DNA from: Candidatus Bathyarchaeota archaeon
GTDB taxonomy: Archaea; Thermoproteota; Bathyarchaeia; Bathyarchaeales; Bathycorpusculaceae
Reading direction: 5' to 3'
Length of the DNA stretch: 64,000 nt
Assembly: GCA_963777155.1 (NCBI GenBank)
Contig: CAVZPM010000032.1
Coordinates: 14,649-78,648, forward strand
In this document: positions 20,965 to 30,201 of the stretch, piece by piece
Numbering within the stretch: the stretch's first letter is position 1
How the letters are laid out: the number at the start of each line of letters is the position of its first letter
The notes under the pieces: generated by a model
The model's database searches: none
What the model was told of the DNA's origin: nothing
The model's input: only the letters and a program-made list of their open reading frames with translations
Made by a program: the position numbers and the translations under genes

Positions 20965-22413
20965 TTACTTGCGAGAAGGACTCCAAAAATGGAGTATATG
21001 CGCTAAGCTATATGTATTCATTTCATGATTCGTTGGGCGCTTCTTTCCCACTTTGCATTGCCACACCACCAATACTGCCAACACAGTCGCCACTGCTATC
21101 CCCACCGCCACAACTACATCTAAAACTGGGAAACCTGAATCGCCAAGGGCTGCACCGTGCCCCGATACCGATACTTTGGCAATCCAGAATTTGTCAGCCG
21201 CAGATGTTGAACCGCTGACTTCTTGGGAGCGTTCATATAAGAAGCTGCCCGTAAAGACTGCTCCACCATCGCTTATGGGCGCCAACTGCGAGAGCCCGCT
21301 GAGCATGTATGGGTTGACTGTTAGGAGGTCACTTCGGGTTTGGATTTCGCCTGCAGTGTTGGTTTGCCAGATCCAAATATGTGACATCTTGGAGTCATCA
21401 GGTTCCGTACCGGCGCCTAACAGAAGAAATCCATCTTGAGTGCTATTCAAGACTGAATAAACCTGGTTGGTGGATGTGTAGGTTCGGTTCCACAGCATTT
21501 TTCCCTCCAAGTCGGTTCGGATAATCATGCCGCCTGACCATGAGCCGTCGGGTGCAGCCATGCCTCCGATAAGGTAACCGTCGCTTAGCACAACTGCGCA
21601 TTCTCCGCTGGTATGGTAGTAGTTGTCTGCTCCGCCATAGCTTTGTGTCCACTGGATGTTGCCGCTTGGATCAATCTTCATTAGCGAAGTAGATGAAGGT
21701 GAAATCGGATGGGATTGCCCCTGATTGTTAAGAAGCAGAAAGCCGCCGTCGCTTGTCTGCGTAGTCCAAGATACAGAGCCTGAAAGCCATGGGAAAATTG
21801 GATGCCCTACGGGAAGTGCTTTGCTATATTCCAATTGACCGCTGGCGTAAACTTTCGTTATCACTATGAATGGGGTGGATGGGGTTGATTCATAGAAGGC
21901 GCCCACTAACAAGCAGCCGCCGTCGCTTGTTGCAGTCAAAGCGCCAGCTTGAAAATAATTTTTGGATCGCTCAAACGTGCCCAGTGTCTTCCAAACCACG
22001 TCGCCTGCGCTGCTGATTTTTATAAGGCAGAAATGAGGAGAACTGGGATACTGGTCTGCGTCGACGACTCCGCCGAGAATATAGCCGCCGCTTACTTCGA
22101 CGACTTGCGAGAGCCGAGTCCGCGGGCCGCCCTCTTCGTAGACGATGGTCTTACTCCATACCAAATTGCCGTCGCCGTCGGTTTTAGCCACAACAGGGTG
22201 GGTGCCATAGAATTCGCCGGTGGTGGAGTTGTAAGAGGCGTCTTCCCCCAAAGCTAAGTACCCTCCGTCACTGGTTGATATAACAGCGGTGCCGCTTAAA
22301 CCGGGCAGGGAACGCTGCCACTCTAAACCGTAACTGTCGCCTTGAGCCAAAGCGGAAGAAAAAAGCAAAGCAGCCAACATAACAACAAGGGTGCAGACAA
22401 GTTTTGTGTGCAT
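20965..22413 (-). CDS. Secreted, membrane-anchored beta-propeller-like protein
   Basis: Signal peptide; repeated TSDGG(Y/F)L and K.D..G...W units; C-terminal TM and basic tail. Confidence 0.75.
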   Translation of the reverse strand: MHTKLVCTLVVMLAALLFSSALAQGDSYGLEWQRSLPGLSGTAVISTSDGGYLALGEDASYNSTTGEFYGTHPVVAKTDGDGNLVWSKTIVYEEGGPRTRLSQVVEVSGGYILGGVVDADQYPSSPHFCLIKISSAGDVVWKTLGTFERSKNYFQAGALTATSDGGCLLVGAFYESTPSTPFIVITKVYASGQLEYSKALPVGHPIFPWLSGSVSWTTQTSDGGFLLLNNQGQSHPISPSSTSLMKIDPSGNIQWTQSYGGADNYYHTSGECAVVLSDGYLIGGMAAPDGSWSGGMIIRTDLEGKMLWNRTYTSTNQVYSVLNSTQDGFLLLGAGTEPDDSKMSHIWIWQTNTAGEIQTRSDLLTVNPYMLSGLSQLAPISDGGAVFTGSFLYERSQEVSGSTSAADKFWIAKVSVSGHGAALGDSGFPVLDVVVAVGIAVATVLAVLVVWQCKVGKKRPTNHEMNTYSLAHILHFWSPSRK

Positions 22414-22717
22414 GTACGGTCCTAAGAAGGGAAGACATGTATCTGCTTAAAGTTTACGCAGAGTCACCTGTTTGGAGTCTAATAGCGTATTTATACAGAA
22501 AGCCTATTGCGCCTTTTGGTTTTATGATTTAAGTTGCCTTTCTGAAAAATTTTTTGGACAATGTTTCTTTAACGCTCGCAGCAACTTATTTTAGCACATA
22601 ATTTAGGGCAAGCCAGAGCGCCAAATAGTAAAAGAAGTGTTTTTGATGTATATATCTGCATGTTAATAATGCTTAATAGATAAAATCACACGCGTTATAA
22701 ATCATGCACCTAAGGGT

Positions 22718-22918
22718 TTGGAGATTATGGTTCAGTTAACTTTGTTCGCCTTACCTTGCGCCATTCTATTCTTGATTAGTCTTATTTCATTTAATTACTT
22801 GGTATCCATGATGGTTGGTTCATTGGGCGCTTTCTTAATTATCGCATTATGCATTAAGATTAACAAGATTAATAATAAGAAAATAGATACAGCTGAACAA
22901 CTAAAAAAGCAGAAATAG
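22718..22918 (+). CDS. Small two-TM membrane protein
   Basis: Two hydrophobic segments and a basic tail. Confidence 0.4.
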   Translation: MEIMVQLTLFALPCAILFLISLISFNYLVSMMVGSLGAFLIIALCIKINKINNKKIDTAEQLKKQK

Positions 22919-23231
22919 TGCGCTTCCTTAAAGAACATTTATCTTTTGAAATATTCCAAGTTTGAAATATGACTTATATAATATTTCTAATTATAGTCAA
23001 TTGGAGAAGGACGAGGAGAAAGGAGAAAAACTCCATGCACCAAGAGGTAGGAGCCTTCCAATCTCTTGTCTCGCTTCTCCATTAATCTCAATATCACCCT
23101 ACCTACTAACCAGTTTTTCTTTTAAAACATTTTAACCATTCATGAGTTGAGAAGTAGGTTAACTATTTCGTAGTGGCTATTTTGTATGCATAAAACGCGA
23201 GAAAAAAAAAGAGGAATTTTGTTATTACTCT

Positions 23232-23426
23232 TTAGTTTTTTGCCAATGCCACCGCTGCTACAATTGCAATTATTGCGCCAAGTCCAATTATTATCCAGTA
23301 TAGGTAGGTTAGGTCCCAATCTGGGAGGACATAGCACCAAAGCAAAGAAACCAGTATCACTAGAATGCCTAAAACGAGTTCTGCTCCTGCAAAAGCTTTA
23401 GACGCTGCCATTCTCTTTTTCTCCAA
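23232..23426 (-). CDS. Small two-TM membrane protein
   Basis: Two hydrophobic segments; poly-T run downstream. Confidence 0.55.
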   Translation of the reverse strand: MEKKRMAASKAFAGAELVLGILVILVSLLWCYVLPDWDLTYLYWIIIGLGAIIAIVAAVALAKN

Positions 23427-23613
23427 AAAAATATGGTGGAAATCAACTTTTAAATTTTGCTATGCTATAACTCGCAGGAAGGGGACAGGTCATCCAATAA
23501 AACGACCGAGTGCTAAATCGTAATTTGTCGTTCGTCTGGAACGTGCGAACGCGCTAACCTTAACCCAAGAAAGAGGCGACCTTATAAAGTTAAACACTAG
23601 TTCACTCTATGCT

Positions 23614-24705
23614 GTGGACTTATCCATGGCTAACAAACCCTTCACTTTAGCATGCATTATCCTAATCACCTTCATGCTAACCACAACTGTAACTTGTGCC
23701 GAACCAATTAACTCCGCATATTACAGCAATAGTTTCGACTCACCCTCATCATTAAACGATGGATACTGGTCGGCTAACGACACACAAATTCAAACCATAA
23801 ACGGCACAAACGTACTCGAAATCAACGGTGAAGCATCCTTCAACCCTCAACATGGCAACTACGCATTAAACAACTTCACCATACAATTCGACGTATACCA
23901 CAACGTCGTATACGAAAATAACACGGCTTATAGCGGTCCATTCTATCAAGCAGCCGATAGTGAAAACAGAACTATCCTATTAATGGGTTATATTCAAAGA
24001 GAAACATCTAATGGCAACCAAGTAGAAGTCCATCAAGAAGGCTTCCTCACCGATCTATTGACTTATCACCATTATTACTTCCTATTCAACCGTTCATCCG
24101 AATGGTCAACATGGCGTCTAACAGGCTACATCGCCCAAGTAGATGGCATAGAGGGATTCTATAGGGCTAACTTTACTATACAAGTAGACAATGAAACTAT
24201 AACTTCCTTTAGAAGTGACTCTATAATACCAGAAGGAACGGTACACAATATTACAAACGAGGAAGTTAGACCAATAGCATACCATAACATCTATCCACTA
24301 CCTCAAACTGGCGTTATGATTATTCCAACAGCATCAACCAATAACGGTATTCACTACAGCTACCTAACCAACAAAGTTAGCACGATACTGCATAACCAAG
24401 CGATACCATCTTACGTCGACAACTTCCTCTACGGCTACGCAAATACTGTTCCAATCTCCGCAACTTCAACCTCCACACCAACACCAACTCCCACACCAAT
24501 TCCTACCTCTCAAACTGCAACGTACTTACCAACGCCAACTATCACCCCGAATCCTACCTCGCAAACTTCAACGTACGCTCCAACACCAACTGTCCCAGAA
24601 TTTACAACGATTTTAATTCTGCCGTTGTTCCTTTTCGTTTTATTTCTCGCTGTAATACTCAGACAGCAAAATACCAGAAATAAGAACTATTGCCTTAGGA
24701 GTTAA
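23614..24705 (+). CDS. Secreted surface glycoprotein with PT-rich linker and PEF-CTERM-like sorting signal
   Basis: Signal peptide; many NxS/T sequons; TPTPTPTP linker; VPEF followed by TM and basic residues. Confidence 0.75.
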   Translation: MDLSMANKPFTLACIILITFMLTTTVTCAEPINSAYYSNSFDSPSSLNDGYWSANDTQIQTINGTNVLEINGEASFNPQHGNYALNNFTIQFDVYHNVVYENNTAYSGPFYQAADSENRTILLMGYIQRETSNGNQVEVHQEGFLTDLLTYHHYYFLFNRSSEWSTWRLTGYIAQVDGIEGFYRANFTIQVDNETITSFRSDSIIPEGTVHNITNEEVRPIAYHNIYPLPQTGVMIIPTASTNNGIHYSYLTNKVSTILHNQAIPSYVDNFLYGYANTVPISATSTSTPTPTPTPIPTSQTATYLPTPTITPNPTSQTSTYAPTPTVPEFTTILILPLFLFVLFLAVILRQQNTRNKNYCLRS

Positions 24706-24929
24706 AGTCACCAACTACGAAGACTGTCGCTTTGCAGAAAGGCTTCTAGCGTTTTTCTTTGGTAAAGCGGAGCGAACGCGAAAACGGGAGCAACGCCATC
24801 GCGTAAATTGTAAATGATTCTAAAATATACTGCTAAAATTAAATCACAAGATTATTTCTTTCTGAATTGAATAAGTATAATAGTGAATAAAGTTAATTAA
24901 TTTATTAGCCAATTAGGAGAAAAGGGCTT

Positions 24930-25433
24930 TTGGAGCCAAAACGAACAAGAAACTGGGAGTTATGGTTCTCAGTAATCATTATTGCCTTAACCATTTTCTT
25001 AATGATTGCCTACTATAATCGTTGGTTCAGCTTTGCCGCGCGAATCGGTCCATTTCGAATTATTCATTATCTTGCATTTGCTGGCACTCTATATATTGCA
25101 TTTGGAGTGATTTTGTTTACCGTGTTGAAGCGCAGAACCCCCAACAAATATAAGTTGCTTTTAAGGGTGCACTCGTTAGGTAATCTTTTTGCGTTTCTGA
25201 TTATTTCCTTACATTTCGCAGGCCAACTTAACAGACCTCCGCCCCTTCCTGATTTTGGAACAGGTTTATCTTTGTATATCGGAATGGTTTCATTGGTAGT
25301 GACTGGATTAGTTCTTAAATTTAGCTTGTTTAGTCTTAGTCCTGCAACTAATCGTTTTATTCACGCAGGTTTAGCCATCGCTTTTTACCTAATAATAATC
25401 GTTCACATTCTTCATGGCCTAAATATCATTTAA
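24930..25433 (+). CDS. Multi-TM membrane protein with intramembrane His (cytochrome b-like)
   Basis: About 5 TM helices with IHY, VHS, LHF, IHA and VHILH histidines. Confidence 0.55.
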   Translation: MEPKRTRNWELWFSVIIIALTIFLMIAYYNRWFSFAARIGPFRIIHYLAFAGTLYIAFGVILFTVLKRRTPNKYKLLLRVHSLGNLFAFLIISLHFAGQLNRPPPLPDFGTGLSLYIGMVSLVVTGLVLKFSLFSLSPATNRFIHAGLAIAFYLIIIVHILHGLNII

Positions 25434-25648
25434 ATCAATTTTTATGTTTTAGCAAAATCTTACCCTAATGACGCGCGGAAGCGAGAGCGCAGCGTAACCG
25501 AAGCGAGCAAGAAAGGTCCTGTTAATCTGAAAAGTACTCGTCTATTAAGGCTCGGTGTCTTTCAATATCTGTTTTCTCGTATGCTAACATGGCAGTATGT
25601 TCTAACTCCCCCTCAAGGCGTTATGATGTTTAGGAACGCGAAAAAACG

Positions 25649-25703
25649 AAATTAGGTGTATTATTAGAATAGGCTGGTGTGTTGGACGTAATACACCTAA
25701 TTT
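25649..25703. repeat. Perfect 15-bp inverted repeat enclosing a copy of the rnpB 3' end
   Basis: aaattaggtgtatta (25649-25663) / taatacacctaattt (25689-25703); loop contains ggctggtgtgttgg, identical to 28297-28310. Confidence 0.85.
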
Positions 25704-25774
25704 GGCGAAATTGCCACTAATTCCCTTTTTTCTTTTTTTTGATTTAGTTTTAAAAGTGTTAAGAATTTTTAGTG

Positions 25775-28117
25775 CTATTCTTCCAAGATTTGACGAGCAC
25801 GTGCAACCTTGACATATTTCTTTTTTAGCAATTCACTTTTCTCATAATCGGGAATGTTTTCGTTTTCAATTTTGTGTTCCTCCGTCTCCAATATTTTATT
25901 AAATAAGTTATCAATGCTTTCTTCAGTTTTGTTAAACAAGTGATCAATACTTTCTTCAGGATCTTTTGGTTTGTTGCTCTCAGGTAATTGGATAGTTGGA
26001 CTTTTAGGATCTTGTTTTTTCTTTCTTCTTTTTATGGCAACTATTCCAGAAGCTAATGCTCCAAATGGAATGACAAGAAGTAAGAGTGGCCAGCTTAAAA
26101 ATCCAAGATTTGTGGATTCCGAAAGTGTAGTCTTTGTTGGGGTAGGTGTTGATGTTAAGGTATTTGTTGATGGTGAAGGTGATGGTGAAGATGATGGTGT
26201 TGGTGTGGGCTGGGATGTTTGGTTAGGAGTAGCAGTTGATGTCTGTGATGAACTTGGGGTTGGGGTTGGAGAAGTTGAAATCAGCGCGAATATTGCTGTG
26301 ATCGAGTGGGCTGCCTGAACGTTGCTGAAAGTATACGACGATGCAACTGCCACTTGTGAACCATCAATAACTAAAGAAGAAAGAGAATAACCATTACTTG
26401 GTGTTATTGTGAAAGTTTGGCTATCTCCATAGTTAGCATTAGTTGTTGACGGGGAAATGAAGCCATTATCTCCTTGAATAACCGTAATAATGAAAGTGTC
26501 AATTGCAAAAGTAGCAGCAATTGTGGTCGGTCCAGTTGCAGTAAAGCTGTAAGAGGTCAGTGCTCCAAAAGAAGAACCGTTCACAATAATGTCTGAAACG
26601 TGGTAGCCGACTTCAGGAGTAACTGTTAAGATAAGGCTAGTTCCCCAGTTAACCGTCTGGTTCCCGGGATTTACTGAGCCGTGAGTTCCAGAATTAATTG
26701 TGAAGCTGCAAGTGTTAGCTGCAAAATTCACGTCGACAGAAGTGTTTCCAGTAATGTTTGTAGCAAAAGACTCAGGCATGCCAATTGATGTCCCGTTAAT
26801 CTTCACATCAGAAACATGGTAACCTGGGTTGGGCGTAAGGACGAAGTTGAGTGATGTACCCCAATTAACTGTTTGAGATGCAAGATTTGATGAACCATAC
26901 ACGCCTACAGTAACTGTGATAATGTACTGGTTAATTCCAAAACTTGCTGTAATGTTATGAGCTGTCTGGATATTAGTGAAAGTGTATAAGGCAATTGCAC
27001 CCTGTGAGATGCCGTCAACGACAACATCAGTTATATGGTAACCATTTGAAGCTGAAATAGTAAAGATAGTGTTGCTATCATAGTTAGCTATTAAGGTCCC
27101 TGGGCTAATCTGTCCATTTGTAGACTGAATGACTGTAACTGTAAAAGTGTTTGTAAAGGTTGCAGAAATCGAGTGAGCTGCAGTGACATTGCTGAAGGTA
27201 TATGTTGAAGCAGGCGCTGTTGATGAGCCGTCAACAGTTAAAGAAGCTATAGAGTAACCGGTATTTGGTGTTATTGTGAAGGTTTGACTTGCGCCATAGT
27301 TAACGTTAGTTGTTCCAGGAGAAATAACGCCATCAGCACCCTGAACAACTGTAATATCGAACTTGTTTGCGAATGTTGCAGAGATAAAATGAGCAGTTGT
27401 GATGTTACTGAAGGTATATGTTGAGTCAGCTTGGATTGTTGAACCGTCAACTATCAGAGATGTTATTGAGTAGCCAACATTTGGTGTTATTGTGAAGGTT
27501 TGACTTGCGCCATAGTTAACGTTAGTTGTTCCAGGAGAAATAACGCCTTTAGAGTTTTGAGTTACAGTAATTGTTAATGCAGAAACTGTGAATGTCGCAG
27601 TAATGGTATGGTTAGTGTTGATGTTGCTGAAAGTGTACGATGCTGCTATGGTCACTGATGAGCCGTCAACAGTTAAAGAAGCTATAGAGTAACCGGTATT
27701 TGGTGTTATTGTGAAGGTTTGACTTGCGCCATAGTTAACGTTAGTTGTTCCAGGAGAAATAACGCCATCAGCACCCTGAACAACTGTAAGAGTATAGTTA
27801 TTAATCGCGAAGGTTGCTGTGATCGAGTGGGCTGCCTGAACGTTGCTGAAAGTACACGATGACGCAACGGGCACCGATGAACCATCAACTATCAAAGTAG
27901 CAATAGAGTAACCAGTATTGGGTGTTATAGTAAACGTTTGGTTATTTCCTTGATCAACATCTTTAGTATTTGGCGAAATCGCGCCGTTTGCACTTTGAGT
28001 TACAGTAATCGTGAATTTTGTGGCTCCAACAACAGGAGATGGACAAAAAATAAGGCTAATAATTAGAATTAGCAAAACGACTATGACGATTGGAGCTAGA
28101 AGCACAGTTGTTTTCAT
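25775..28117 (-). CDS. Surface protein with tandem InlB-B-like (Flg_new-type) repeats, S/T/P linker and C-terminal TM
   Basis: About 8 repeats of G.ISP....VNYG.SQTFTITPN.GYSI..L.VDG...YTFSN....H.I.ATF; signal peptide; TM followed by KRRKKK. Confidence 0.8.
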   Translation of the reverse strand: MKTTVLLAPIVIVVLLILIISLIFCPSPVVGATKFTITVTQSANGAISPNTKDVDQGNNQTFTITPNTGYSIATLIVDGSSVPVASSCTFSNVQAAHSITATFAINNYTLTVVQGADGVISPGTTNVNYGASQTFTITPNTGYSIASLTVDGSSVTIAASYTFSNINTNHTITATFTVSALTITVTQNSKGVISPGTTNVNYGASQTFTITPNVGYSITSLIVDGSTIQADSTYTFSNITTAHFISATFANKFDITVVQGADGVISPGTTNVNYGASQTFTITPNTGYSIASLTVDGSSTAPASTYTFSNVTAAHSISATFTNTFTVTVIQSTNGQISPGTLIANYDSNTIFTISASNGYHITDVVVDGISQGAIALYTFTNIQTAHNITASFGINQYIITVTVGVYGSSNLASQTVNWGTSLNFVLTPNPGYHVSDVKINGTSIGMPESFATNITGNTSVDVNFAANTCSFTINSGTHGSVNPGNQTVNWGTSLILTVTPEVGYHVSDIIVNGSSFGALTSYSFTATGPTTIAATFAIDTFIITVIQGDNGFISPSTTNANYGDSQTFTITPSNGYSLSSLVIDGSQVAVASSYTFSNVQAAHSITAIFALISTSPTPTPSSSQTSTATPNQTSQPTPTPSSSPSPSPSTNTLTSTPTPTKTTLSESTNLGFLSWPLLLLVIPFGALASGIVAIKRRKKKQDPKSPTIQLPESNKPKDPEESIDHLFNKTEESIDNLFNKILETEEHKIENENIPDYEKSELLKKKYVKVARARQILEE

Positions 28118-28295
28118 TCGCGATCCTTTGGCTTCAACAAAAAAGATATTGATTCTTTTATGAAAGCGTTATGAATCCAGAATCTAACTCTATCTTCAAT
28201 AATGGATAAAGAATTAATTTAATGCAACAAAGTTTACAGACTTTAGTTAAAACCCCTAAGACCGAGCCAATGAGTAGCAGTTGTGTTAGTAAAAT

Positions 28296-28610
28296 GGGCT
28301 GGTGTGTTGGCTATAACCCGCCTTCTGTTGTCTGTGGCATTCGGCTAATCGGGCTACCCGCGCCTTCCGGTAGATGCTTCATCGGCGACTGTTTGCCCTT
28401 TCCACTTGCAGGACGGCCGTTTCACCGTTTCCACTCCGGCGCACTCGACATCACAAATGTGTCATAGCCAGGTCCGGGTGGACGTTTCGTTTCTGCTCCG
28501 TTGCCAACGCTCTCGCGCTGCCCCAACGACGGGGCTGCAATTCTACTTGTGGGCGGAGTTTCCTCAGACCCAACTTTGGATCCGACAGCCACACACCAAC
28601 TCGCCAGCCC
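28296..28610 (-). ncRNA. rnpB: RNase P RNA (archaeal type A)
   Basis: Minus strand reads GAGGAAACTCCGCCC ... GCAGAAAC ... TGAAACGG ... AACAGAAGGCGGGTTAT with complementary termini gggctgg/ccagccc. Confidence 0.95.
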
Positions 28611-28771
28611 ACCTGAAAATGAGCATACGCAGGCAATAAACATAACTTATTAGCAAACAAAAATTATCGACTGCATTTTTGGATTTAAGAGGGGGTGCAA
28701 ATTCTAAATTAGTTAGTGCCATTGGTTTCATAGAAGTTAATTTTTGCAAAACAATACCTTAGTCCCTCAGG

Positions 28772-28810
28772 TTGTATAAACAATTTGTATAAACAAACTG
28801 TATAAACAAT
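28772..28810. repeat. Three tandem 13-bp repeats YTGTATAAACAAW
   Basis: ttgtataaacaat ttgtataaacaaa ctgtataaacaat. Confidence 0.85.
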
Positions 28811-28911
28811 AGGTAGGCAAGAAAAAGATTTGCACACACAGGCTTGGATTGCTCCGATGCTTCTCTGCTTTTTGGTTGCTTTGATACCACAAATAAACCA
28901 AATTTTAACTC

Positions 28912-28946
28912 ACAACCAGAAAAAACACGTCCACACACAAAACAAA
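28912..28946. repeat. A/C-rich dispersed repeat, partial copy
   Basis: acaaccagaaaaaacacgtccacacacaaaacaaa shares the core of the copies at 41495 and 60687. Confidence 0.55.
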
Positions 28947-28975
28947 TAATTACACGCCCACAAACATTAGGAACC

Positions 28976-29558
28976 ATGAAACGCGTCATCCTCATAACGG
29001 GCACACCCTGCACAGGAAAAACCACTACTGCAAAACAACTTGCCCAAAAACTCAACGCAGAGTACATTAACCTCACAGATTTCGCCAAAGCTCATAACTT
29101 GATACTGGGGGAAGACAAAGAGCGCCAAACCACCATAATCAACGAAGAAGCTATGCAGCAAAAACTCAAAGAGTCCATAGGAACCTCAGATAACGCCAAC
29201 ATCATCATCGATGGTCATTACGCAGCTGCAGTTACCCCGACTGAATTTGTTTCCAACGTCTTTGTGCTTAGGCGAAACCCCAAAGAACTTAAAGACATTT
29301 ATGCAAAAATGTGATTTTAACGACGCCAAACTCAACGAAAACCTATCCGCAGAAATCCTTGACAGTTGCCTCATCGAAGCCATTCAAACGCAACATGGAA
29401 AGGTTTGCGAGTTGGATGTGACGGGTAAAACTGTAGATGAGAATGTTGCTGAAATTCTTGATGTTTTAGATAGGAGCAAGAAATGCCATTTTGGCATTGT
29501 AGATTGGCTTGGTATGCTTGAACGGGAAGGCCTAACTGACCAGTACCTTAAAGCGTAA
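28976..29558 (+). CDS. Adenylate kinase, AK6/Fap7 type (frameshift near 29297)
   Basis: ITGTPCTGKTT, IIDGHY, ENLSAEILD and IVDW motifs. Confidence 0.85.
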
Positions 29559-29921
29559 TTATCGGAAGCTTCCGATTTTCTGTTTTGTTAGAAGCGTGAT
29601 TTTCCGTCTGTTGCTGTAGGATTTTGCGTGGTCACTGAATTTTTCACCAATCATTACGGGGCTTGATAGATCCACATCTTCGGAGGAAGTATCAAGGTTA
29701 ATGATAACGTTAACACCGATAGTGCGGTTCCAATCTCTAACCCAAACACCCTGCTCGAGCCTACCCTTCTGCACAATCAAGTCAAAATGCCTTGAAACGC
29801 CGCTATGTCCTTCCAGCTTAACGTCTTGGCTGTTAACTTTGTAGCCTTCCTTCTTGAAGTAAGCAACTGCTAGATCTGTCAAATGGACCCTAGTTTTATA
29901 CTGTTCTTTATCTACGCTCAT
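29559..29921 (-). CDS. Mrr-cat/PD-(D/E)XK fold protein with degenerate catalytic motif
   Basis: YFKKEGYKV, GHSGVSRHFDLIV and FSDHAKSYS...ITL patterns. Confidence 0.6.
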   Translation of the reverse strand: MSVDKEQYKTRVHLTDLAVAYFKKEGYKVNSQDVKLEGHSGVSRHFDLIVQKGRLEQGVWVRDWNRTIGVNVIINLDTSSEDVDLSSPVMIGEKFSDHAKSYSNRRKITLLTKQKIGSFR

Positions 29922-29991
29922 GACACTCTCTGTCCCTACCAAACTGTTATCAACCTGTTCGATGAAAAGGCTTTCGGAAGTAACCTCCGAA

Positions 29992-30201
29992 ATGGGCGCA
30001 ACACAGATTGTAAAATGCATTAAATGCGGCGGTTTAATGCTCTGTGCCGTTGGGCAAAAAACAAAAGTCTGTCCCTACTGCGGTACAAACGTTAACCTCC
30101 AAAAAGCGCAAAAAATAGCATCTGCAAATACTGCTTTTGAAGCATCAGAAATGCTCCGTAAACTTAAAAGCGCCCAGAAAATCAACCGTAAGAAACCTTA
30201 A
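29992..30201 (+). CDS. DUF1922-like Zn-ribbon protein
   Basis: CIKCG...KTKVCPYCG followed by a basic helix. Confidence 0.7.
   Translation: MGATQIVKCIKCGGLMLCAVGQKTKVCPYCGTNVNLQKAQKIASANTAFEASEMLRKLKSAQKINRKKP

Noticed and set aside
20304-25700. Classical integron cassette array
   Set aside because: No RYYYAAC...GTTRRRY attC boundaries recognised, mixed gene orientations and no intI
28222-28749. Several overlapping 60-80 aa ORFs
   Set aside because: Shadow ORFs of the GC-rich RNase P RNA gene
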